Below are positions 38,121-45,465 of a DNA stretch of 45,465 bases, piece by piece. The DNA comes from a virus (taxonomy: Duplodnaviria; Caudoviricetes). Under the pieces are notes generated by a model. That model saw only the letters and a program-made list of their open reading frames with translations, ran no database searches and was not told the DNA's origin. A program made the position numbers and the translations under genes. Where the stretch lies: positions 1 through 45,465 of IMG/VR virus record IMGVR_UViG_3300027798_000072. The stretch is one strand, 5' to 3'. Each line of letters opens with the position of its first letter. The first letter of the stretch is position 1.

Positions 38121-38458
38121 TGGCACAAGCTACCACTGTAATATTATTACCTCAAACAGCTTACACCGGAGTCAATACCATAACTGGCTCTGCACAACCT
38201 GCTGCCGCATATTATTTAGGTAATCAAGATTTACAAACACTAAGTTGGACAACTACAGTGTTTAATGGATTAATTACTGTGCAGGCAAGTTTATCTGATA
38301 CTCCCACAAATGATGATTGGTTTACTGTTTTTGCTCTTCCCGGTATTGAATTAACTACTACAGGATTTCAAAACATTAATGGGAACTTTGTTCGACTACG
38401 TGTTAAAATAACTAATTTCACTAGAGGCGTAATCCAGAGCATTAAGGTTAGTTACTAA
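38120..38458 (+). CDS. Hypothetical beta-rich virion-like protein
   Basis: 112 aa; FNGLITVQASL..DWF..GNFVRLRVKI. Confidence 0.7.
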   Translation: MAQATTVILLPQTAYTGVNTITGSAQPAAAYYLGNQDLQTLSWTTTVFNGLITVQASLSDTPTNDDWFTVFALPGIELTTTGFQNINGNFVRLRVKITNFTRGVIQSIKVSY

Positions 38459-38459
38459 T

Positions 38460-40484
38460 ATGGCAGTTATTGTTGTTTATGGTGGCGGATTTCAACCCTT
38501 TCACGTAGGGCATTTAAGTAGTTACATTGAGGCTAAAGAAGCATTTCCTGATGCAGATTTTTATGTAGCCGCAAGTAATGATACTAAAACACGTCCTATA
38601 CCTTTTAACGACAAACAATTTCTAGCACAACAAGCGGGAGTGAGTGATCCCTTTGTACAAGTCAAATTGCCAATTAATCCTACAGAGATATTAGATAGAT
38701 ATAGTCCTAAAAAAGATATTTTTATTCTTGTACGTAGTGAACGTGACCCTGTAGGATATACTAAGAAAGATGGTACACCTGGATATTTTCAACCATTTAC
38801 TAGTTTAAATAAATGCCAATCATTCGGACATCACGGGTATGTATTTGTAACACATAAAAAAGAATTCAAGTTAAATGGACAGGTTGTTTATTCCGGTACA
38901 CAAGTGCGTGATATGTATGCAAGTGCTGATGATAAAGGGAGACAATTAATTGTAAAACAATTATATCCAGAAAGTAAACAACAGCGTACAATTAAACAAA
39001 TGTTAGACCAATATATTGGAACTGTTGCTGAGCCAATCGAAAAGCCAGTTAAAGGTGCAATTAAAAAATTAAAAGCAAATAAATTAAAAGAACAAATTCA
39101 ACGTATTCGTCCTTTAATTCGTGAAGCAAGTATTGAACAGAAATACAAGTTTCTTAAATTAATGAAAGAGGCAGCACAACTAGATGAATTAAATCTATTT
39201 GGTAAAAAGTCAAATACATCGGCTGCAAAGAAACCTATTAATTACGATGAGATTCGTAGAATTGCAGCCAAGACCGGCGGTACTCAACAACAAGTTTATA
39301 GTAGTCCCGAAGAATATTACGCTAAAATTAATACCGGTAAGACAAAAGAACCTGTTAAAGAATTTGCACCTCCCGGTGGCGATGATAATGGCCCGGATGA
39401 AGAAGCAATTCTACGTCAGTTGGCATCGCAATGGTGGAGAGGTGATGCGGATCCTAAGGCTGAACGCACATTGGCTGCAATGGGATGGGAAATTGGTCAA
39501 GATGAATCCGGTGATGACGATGCAGGTGTATTCTTAGTGCGACCAGGTGATGTAAATGGTGATAGCTATATAGCTTTCCCGCAAAGTGAATTAGAATTGG
39601 ATGAAGGTCAAACAAGTGACATGCGTAACTTCTTTAGTACACAACAACCACGGAATCCGGCCCCAATACAACCCGGTAATACCGGACCAACTATTGCAAG
39701 AGTGACTAGACAGGGTGAAGGTGTGGCGGAAGGCTTGTCAGAAGCTAGAAATAGTTTATTTGCTTTTGTGAAGCAACAGTTTCCTACTTGGCCTGATTAT
39801 GTGTTGAAAGACTTCTTATATGCACAAGCCAAAGGAATTCGTGACCAGGCTGAGTTAGATGATTTTCTAAAAAGAAATAAACAAGACTTTGGTAATTGTA
39901 AATGGACACTGACTAAACTGCCCATAACATTTGATATCTTTACACCAAAGACTCAGCGTATGCTCGCCAGTCGTGAAGGCGGTAGTTCTAATCCTTTTCA
40001 AGTTCCAAAAGATGCTGAAAGACACGCACAGCAATCACAAATGATTCAGCAAAAGGGTGTGAGTACGGAACCTATTATTGTTGCTAAATTATCAAACGGT
40101 TATGATTTAATTGAAGGTTGGCACAGAACTATTCAACATTTGAAGGCATTCCCTCAAGGATATACAGGCCCTGCTTGGGTATGCACTGGAGCCACATACA
40201 AAAGTGAAAGCGTAGAACAAGGTGTGGCGGAAGGTGGTTTAGAAGCAAACACTCCTAATCCGGTTGTAGTAATACAAGATAAAAATGGTAAAATACTAGA
40301 CAAAGTAAATCTATCGGTAGCCGCAAAAAAATACAATTTAGGTCAACCAGATAACGTAAAAAAACAATTAGCACATCAAAATTATACTACGATTGGAAAC
40401 TATGTTGTGGTATCTCCCATGAGCGGCCAGCCACAAGACAATACAACACAGGGTGTTTTGGAAGATTATCTCCCGGAAAAATAA
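38460..40484 (+). CDS. Modular protein: HxGH cytidylyltransferase-like N domain plus cassettes including a ParB/Srx-like domain
   Basis: VYGGGFQPFHVGH (HIGH-type); PIIV......YDLIEGWHR (ParB-like); repeated GVAEG linkers. Confidence 0.75.
   Translation: MAVIVVYGGGFQPFHVGHLSSYIEAKEAFPDADFYVAASNDTKTRPIPFNDKQFLAQQAGVSDPFVQVKLPINPTEILDRYSPKKDIFILVRSERDPVGYTKKDGTPGYFQPFTSLNKCQSFGHHGYVFVTHKKEFKLNGQVVYSGTQVRDMYASADDKGRQLIVKQLYPESKQQRTIKQMLDQYIGTVAEPIEKPVKGAIKKLKANKLKEQIQRIRPLIREASIEQKYKFLKLMKEAAQLDELNLFGKKSNTSAAKKPINYDEIRRIAAKTGGTQQQVYSSPEEYYAKINTGKTKEPVKEFAPPGGDDNGPDEEAILRQLASQWWRGDADPKAERTLAAMGWEIGQDESGDDDAGVFLVRPGDVNGDSYIAFPQSELELDEGQTSDMRNFFSTQQPRNPAPIQPGNTGPTIARVTRQGEGVAEGLSEARNSLFAFVKQQFPTWPDYVLKDFLYAQAKGIRDQAELDDFLKRNKQDFGNCKWTLTKLPITFDIFTPKTQRMLASREGGSSNPFQVPKDAERHAQQSQMIQQKGVSTEPIIVAKLSNGYDLIEGWHRTIQHLKAFPQGYTGPAWVCTGATYKSESVEQGVAEGGLEANTPNPVVVIQDKNGKILDKVNLSVAAKKYNLGQPDNVKKQLAHQNYTTIGNYVVVSPMSGQPQDNTTQGVLEDYLPEK
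39718..40234 (+). repeat. Exact 16-nt direct repeat AAGGTGTGGCGGAAGG flanking the ParB-like domain
   Basis: Copies at 39718-39733 and 40219-40234, 501 nt apart and in frame. Confidence 0.9.
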
Positions 40485-40534
40485 TTCGGGGTGTTTCTCT
40501 GAGTGTAAATAATTATATCATTTAAGAGGAACTT

Positions 40535-41497
40535 ATGGCAACAAAGAAACCAACTACAAAATCTACCGCAAAGGTAGCACCAAAAGAAGCAAAAACTGTA
40601 CCCGTTGAACGGTTAGAGGAATTAGCTGAGGACGCACAAAAAGAACAAGCACCACAAGCTGGGCAAGTGCAAGTTAACGTAGATTTTCTACGTACAACTA
40701 AAGTGCATATTGCTATGCCGTGTTATGGTGGTATGTTAACTGAATCAACTTTCATGTCATTTATCAAGTGGGCTAACACAGCCCGTCAACTTGGTATTGA
40801 TTGGACATTGGAAACAATGGTTAATGAATCGTTAATCAGTCGTGCCCGTAACACACTGACTGCTAAGTTCTTAGAACAAGAAGGCGCAACACATTTAATG
40901 TTTATTGACGCTGACATTGGTTGGGAACCATGGCACTTGTTAGTTTTATTAAACCGTGACGTAGATGTTATCGGTGGACTATATCCAATGAAGACTATGC
41001 CAATCAAGTGGGTAGTTAATGGATTCGAAGGTGCTGAAGAAGGCGCTGATGGATTCCAAGAAGTAAGTAAAGCAGGTACAGGATTCTTATTGATGAAGCG
41101 TCATGTATTTGAGAAACTTAAAACTCACCCAGCAGTTAAGCCATACAAAAATGATATCGGACTTGATCCTAAGTATGACCAACACTTAAAGACATACTTT
41201 GACACCGCAGTTCGTCAGAATCGTTACTACAGTGAGGACTGGACATTCTGTGAAAACTGGCGTGATATCGCTGGTAAAGTATATGTTGATAAGCGTATAT
41301 TACTACGCCACTCAGGTTCATATGTATTCTGTATGGAAAATCAACAACACTTGATGGACACAATTGGTCCTATGTATGTTCAAGATTTGCAGAAAAAGCA
41401 ACAAGAACAACAGACTGCTACAGCAACCCCAATACAGACAGAAGCTCCGGTCGCGGCCCCAGCAAAAACTGCTAAAAAGGCTGCAAGTCGCAAGTAA
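40535..41497 (+). CDS. Glycosyltransferase-like protein (GT-A fold)
   Basis: IAMPCYGG, SLISRARN, HLMFIDAD (DxD), GTGFLLMKR and SEDWTFC motifs. Confidence 0.75.
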   Translation: MATKKPTTKSTAKVAPKEAKTVPVERLEELAEDAQKEQAPQAGQVQVNVDFLRTTKVHIAMPCYGGMLTESTFMSFIKWANTARQLGIDWTLETMVNESLISRARNTLTAKFLEQEGATHLMFIDADIGWEPWHLLVLLNRDVDVIGGLYPMKTMPIKWVVNGFEGAEEGADGFQEVSKAGTGFLLMKRHVFEKLKTHPAVKPYKNDIGLDPKYDQHLKTYFDTAVRQNRYYSEDWTFCENWRDIAGKVYVDKRILLRHSGSYVFCMENQQHLMDTIGPMYVQDLQKKQQEQQTATATPIQTEAPVAAPAKTAKKAASRK

Positions 41498-41525
41498 TAA
41501 AGTTAATTTAAATTAACACAAAATC

Positions 41526-41550
41526 AAGGCTGTCAATGACAGCCTTTTTT
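41526..41550 (+). terminator. Rho-independent terminator
   Basis: AAGGCTGTC-aat-GACAGCCTT followed by a T run; a CATAAATA box follows immediately. Confidence 0.85.
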
Positions 41551-41562
41551 CATAAATACACT

Positions 41563-42432
41563 ATGAACTTTAATGAATTAGACACCTTCAACTTAAATGA
41601 TGCGGTTAATTTCCATGATAAATTAAATCCAGCATTATTTGCTGGGGACAAGTTAAAAGCAGTAGTCCGTGCCCAATTATTATTAATAGCACAGGATTTT
41701 GTCGAGCATTTGGGAATTTTGCACTTAGATATATCAGATATTACTTTATCCGGTAGCAACGCAGCCTACACATATACAAGTCACAGTGATATTGATTTAC
41801 ATATACTAATTGATATGAGTAAATTAAGTGATGATGCTGTTTACAAAGAATTATTTGATGCTAAAAAGACAGTTTATAATGATACCCACAACATACTTAT
41901 TGATGGATATGAAGTAGAATTATACGTACAAGATAGCAGAGATCCAGTCATTAGTTTGGGTGAATATAGCGTAGTAAAGAATGCCTGGATAAAGTTACCT
42001 AGAAAACGCAGGGCTACTGTTGACCAAGTTGCTACTAGATTAAAGTATAGCAAATTACATAAATTAGGTGAATATGCTATGAAATCTAGTGACCCAGAAA
42101 AAATAAGAAATGTATTGCGTACAATTAAAAAATATAGACAAGTTGGGTTAGATAATGGTGGAGAATTTAGCCCGGAGAATTTAGCATTTAAAATATTACG
42201 TCATAAGGGAATTATTAAAAAACTATATAGTAGATTACAAAGTTTCCATGACAAGAAATTAAGTTTACCAGAAGGTGCTAGTGGATATATTCCTAGCATC
42301 AAACAAAAGAATGATCCTAGGTGGAGTACTGGATTGAGTGTAGATATTACACCATATAGTATACAAGACAATGCAAGAAAACTAGGAAGTAAAATAAGTC
42401 GTGCGGGTATTCCACCGCTACTAAGACCATAA
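41563..42432 (+). CDS. Pol-beta superfamily nucleotidyltransferase
   Basis: LSGSNAAYTY...SDIDLH (GS..DxD) and VELYVQD; start set at MNFNEL, 4 nt after CATAAATA. Confidence 0.75.
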   Translation: MNFNELDTFNLNDAVNFHDKLNPALFAGDKLKAVVRAQLLLIAQDFVEHLGILHLDISDITLSGSNAAYTYTSHSDIDLHILIDMSKLSDDAVYKELFDAKKTVYNDTHNILIDGYEVELYVQDSRDPVISLGEYSVVKNAWIKLPRKRRATVDQVATRLKYSKLHKLGEYAMKSSDPEKIRNVLRTIKKYRQVGLDNGGEFSPENLAFKILRHKGIIKKLYSRLQSFHDKKLSLPEGASGYIPSIKQKNDPRWSTGLSVDITPYSIQDNARKLGSKISRAGIPPLLRP

Positions 42433-42448
42433 TAATAAGGAAAAGAAG

Positions 42449-43393
42449 ATGGCAACACAGAAACCAACGTTGGTTAATACAAGTTTAGATCCTGGATTAA
42501 GCTATCTGGATAACCCCAATTTGGACTTAATTGCAGACGGAGCATTATACGCAGGACCTGCAGGACCAACATCTCAGCGAGGCATAATTACAAATCAATT
42601 ACAACGAGTAACTACTGTAGTATATGTTAATAACAGTATGCACGCCGGCGGTGCTAATAATGAAATACAAATTAATCAGGATGGTGTAATTACCGGCGAT
42701 AACGAATTAAATTATAACGCAAATACAAATGTATTAACTACCGGTGGACTAACACTAACTGGTAATTTACAAGTTAACGGCACTAGTAATTTAGGTGGAC
42801 CTAGTGGATTAAAGATAACAGGCGGTAGTACTGGTCAGTTTCTAAAAACAGATGGTAATGGAAATATTGCGTGGGCATCAGTAATTGATTACCAAGCTAG
42901 TGCAAATTGGACCGCTGTGACCGGTACATCAGTGATATTAAACAAACCAACATTAGCTACCGTAGCTACAACTGGTTCATATAATGATTTGTTAAGCACT
43001 CCTAGTTTTGCTAGTGTTGCTACCTCAGGATTATATTCTAGTCTAAGTGGTAGACCAACTATCCCGGCTAATACTAGTCAATTACTTAATGATAGCGGCT
43101 TTATTACTAGCACCGGTATCCCTATACAAACAGGTAATGGTGGAAAGTTTTTAACTACTGATGGCTCTATTGCAAGTTGGGCTACGGTATCAGGTGGCGC
43201 AGGTGGAGGGGTTACAAGTTATAATGATTTAACTAATAAACCAAGTATTCCTACTAAAACAAGCGATATAACTAATGACAGTAATTTTGTAACACTAACC
43301 GAGATGCAAAATTATGTTAATGGTTTAATAAATATAGACGGGGGCAACGCTTCTGTATCATACACAACAACAATAGATGGGGGCAACGCATAA
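42449..43393 (+). CDS. Fibre-like virion structural protein
   Basis: GQFLKTDGNG..W and GKFLTTDG..W motifs; repeated SYNDL..KP; IDGGNA twice at the C-terminus. Confidence 0.7.
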   Translation: MATQKPTLVNTSLDPGLSYLDNPNLDLIADGALYAGPAGPTSQRGIITNQLQRVTTVVYVNNSMHAGGANNEIQINQDGVITGDNELNYNANTNVLTTGGLTLTGNLQVNGTSNLGGPSGLKITGGSTGQFLKTDGNGNIAWASVIDYQASANWTAVTGTSVILNKPTLATVATTGSYNDLLSTPSFASVATSGLYSSLSGRPTIPANTSQLLNDSGFITSTGIPIQTGNGGKFLTTDGSIASWATVSGGAGGGVTSYNDLTNKPSIPTKTSDITNDSNFVTLTEMQNYVNGLINIDGGNASVSYTTTIDGGNA

Positions 43394-43394
43394 A

Positions 43395-45465
43395 ATGGCA
43401 ACACAAATTAAATTAAGACGAGACACGGCAGCTAATTGGACTAGTACTAATCCAATATTGGCTTTAGGTGAACCGGGAATAGAGATAGACACACGTAAAA
43501 TCAAATACGGTGATGGGACTACAGCCTGGACTTCATTGTCATATAGCGCAGGTGATGCTAACTTTAGCGGTAACTATACTGATTTAAGTAACAAGCCAAC
43601 AATCCCTGCCGCACAAATTCAAAGTGATTGGACTCAAACAGATAATACACTAAAAGATTTCATCAAAAATAAACCTGTAGTACTTGATGGTGCACCCGGT
43701 ACACCCGGAGCAGACGCTCTATGGAATTTTACCGGAGCATACGGTAGCGGTACTGCATACGCTATAGGCGATGTTGCTACCTATGGCGGCGAAACTTGGT
43801 ACCGTCTTAATGCTAACGGTGGCACCGTAGGAAACACCCCTGTTGAAGGAATATTCTGGACTAAGATAGCAGAGAAGGGCGCTGACGGATCACCTGGGGC
43901 TGACGGAGCGGATGGCTCAAGCGCATATCAAGGACTAAATGTCACTGCTAGCGGGTCGTCCGGATTCTTATTCGATCAATATGGTGCAACAGTCAATCCC
44001 GAAATATATGTTACTAGTGGTCAAACATTAACTTTTAACTTAGATGTAACTGGACACCCATTCTTGATTCAAACAAGTGCCGGTGCAGACTATAGTATTG
44101 GATTGACACACGTTGCTACTACAGGAACAGTGTCAACTGCTAGTTCAGCACAGGGAAAAGTCTCAGGAACACTATATTGGAAAGTACCATACGGTATAAC
44201 AGGTACTTACAAATACAAATGTTCTATTCACGGTGGCATGATTGGTAATATTATTATAACTGATGCTAATATGGCAAATGTAATACCGGCTGCACAAATA
44301 CAAAGTGACTGGACACAAGCAACTAATACAGCATTAGACTATATTAAGAACAAACCTACATTAGTTACTAATTTAGATAGTTTAAGTGATGTTACTATTA
44401 CCAGTGCTAGTAGCGGACAAGTATTAAAGTATAACGGTACAGCTTGGATTAATGATACAGACAGTACGGGCGGTGGTCTACCACTAAGCAACGGTAATAG
44501 TATTATCAATATTGCATCAGTGGATGGTAACATCACACTTGATGCTGATGGCAATATCTTTACATTTGGCACAGATGGTAACTTAACACTACCAACTAAT
44601 AGTTCTAACATTAACTATGCTAATGGTACTAGTATACTAAGTGGATTAGGCGGTGGTGCAAGCACAGGCAATGTAACATTTAGCGACCAAATCCTAATAG
44701 GCACTGGCAGCAATGATGGCAGTGGTGGATTGTATTTGGCCCCTGGAAATGCTAGTATTGCTAATAGTGCAGTACAATATTTAAGAGTGCGTGGAGGTGA
44801 TGTTGCCACACACATTCACCTTGATACAGGCAACAACGCTTATTTTGACCAATACTTTGGTGATGACGGCAAGTATGTAAAACTGGCTAATACCGGCAAT
44901 GTTGTGATCGGTAGCGATAATGCCAATGGAAACTCAGCACAATGGACATTTGACACAGATGGTAACTTAACTACACCAAGTAATTTAGTGATTGGCACAG
45001 GATCTGGTAGTGGTTCAAGGATATTTCAATATGACGATGGTCTAGAAATTGTAGGAGAAGGTGCTAACTCCGTTGTACTAATGGGTTGGGCAGCAAGTTT
45101 AAGTGCACCTGATGGTGTTGCACTAATAGCAATGAATTACCCAAGTGGTGGCGAAGGTAATATATTGATTACTGTAGGTAATAACGCAACCACTGTACAC
45201 AGCTGGCTTTTTGGCAATAATGGTGACTTAACACTACCTGCAGGCGGTGATATTGTAGACAGTACTGGTAACAGCGTATTAGGTGGCGGCGGTGGAGTTG
45301 GCACATTAGATTCAGTAACAGACACTGGTTCAACCACTACCAACGGCATAACAGTTGGTTCGGTGACACTGACAAACGGAGCAGTGATAAAAGACACTGC
45401 TGGCGATGCGGTAGCATTTGGCGAAGGTGCCGGAACAACCTCACAAGGTGCAAATTCTGTGGCCG
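43395..45465 (+). CDS. Tail fibre/adhesin with Mtd N-terminal-like domain (truncated by window end, absent from the ORF track)
   Basis: Manual translation is open to the end: MATQIKLRRDTAANWTSTNPILALGEPGIEIDT.KIKYGDG..W; includes short collagen-like triplets, a CBM-like module and a cupredoxin-like module. Confidence 0.88.
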   Translation, partial: MATQIKLRRDTAANWTSTNPILALGEPGIEIDTRKIKYGDGTTAWTSLSYSAGDANFSGNYTDLSNKPTIPAAQIQSDWTQTDNTLKDFIKNKPVVLDGAPGTPGADALWNFTGAYGSGTAYAIGDVATYGGETWYRLNANGGTVGNTPVEGIFWTKIAEKGADGSPGADGADGSSAYQGLNVTASGSSGFLFDQYGATVNPEIYVTSGQTLTFNLDVTGHPFLIQTSAGADYSIGLTHVATTGTVSTASSAQGKVSGTLYWKVPYGITGTYKYKCSIHGGMIGNIIITDANMANVIPAAQIQSDWTQATNTALDYIKNKPTLVTNLDSLSDVTITSASSGQVLKYNGTAWINDTDSTGGGLPLSNGNSIINIASVDGNITLDADGNIFTFGTDGNLTLPTNSSNINYANGTSILSGLGGGASTGNVTFSDQILIGTGSNDGSGGLYLAPGNASIANSAVQYLRVRGGDVATHIHLDTGNNAYFDQYFGDDGKYVKLANTGNVVIGSDNANGNSAQWTFDTDGNLTTPSNLVIGTGSGSGSRIFQYDDGLEIVGEGANSVVLMGWAASLSAPDGVALIAMNYPSGGEGNILITVGNNATTVHSWLFGNNGDLTLPAGGDIVDSTGNSVLGGGGGVGTLDSVTDTGSTTTNGITVGSVTLTNGAVIKDTAGDAVAFGEGAGTTSQGANSVA

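Noticed and set aside
33877-39537. Alternative-frame + strand ORFs at 33877-34191 and 39199-39537
   Set aside because: They lie inside well-supported genes and lack convincing SD or motifs.
39718-40234. GVAEG repeat as a CRISPR repeat, IS target-site duplication or Chi site
   Set aside because: Only two exact copies 501 nt apart, no cas or transposase gene, no terminal inverted repeats, and it is not GCTGGTGG.
43395-45465. Diversity-generating retroelement suggested by the Mtd-like N-terminus
   Set aside because: No reverse transcriptase and no template/variable repeat pair with adenine-specific mismatches in the window. The gene end lies outside the window, so this is not excluded genome-wide.
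1-45465. Stop-codon reassignment, tRNAs, introns
   Set aside because: The standard code gives near-complete coding with intact conserved genes; intergenic gaps are short and I saw no cloverleaf or intron signature by eye.

Overview
A 45 kb, AT-rich, densely coding segment of a large T4-like myophage genome (standard genetic code), read from motifs alone with no database searches. Virion genes: gp15/gp14/gp13-like neck proteins, a 1172-aa tail sheath, tail tube, gp4-like nuclease, an S74-chaperoned tail fibre, an Ig-domain protein, and an Mtd-N fibre running off the right edge. Lysis genes: GH19 endolysin and a 3TM holin. Nucleotide and replication genes: NUDIX, MazG-like, dNMP kinase, clamp loader, a DnaE fragment and PhoH. 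Proteostasis genes: GroES, DnaJ, ClpA and YccA/BI-1. The most unusual signals are: (1) modular proteins punctuated by prohead-protease-like (L/I/V/M)-x-E sites, in one of which a ParB-like domain is flanked in frame by an exact 16-nt repeat AAGGTGTGGCGGAAGG (GVAEG), suggesting a domain-cassette shuffling system for capsid-packaged cargo; (2) TAAATA late boxes that sit either 4-7 nt before the ATG (leaderless mRNA) or inside hairpins hiding the Shine-Dalgarno; (3) a fibre segment with about 22 G-x-H repeats; (4) a repeat-flanked cupredoxin/CBM cassette in a second fibre. No tRNA, rRNA, CRISPR array or transposase was recognised.
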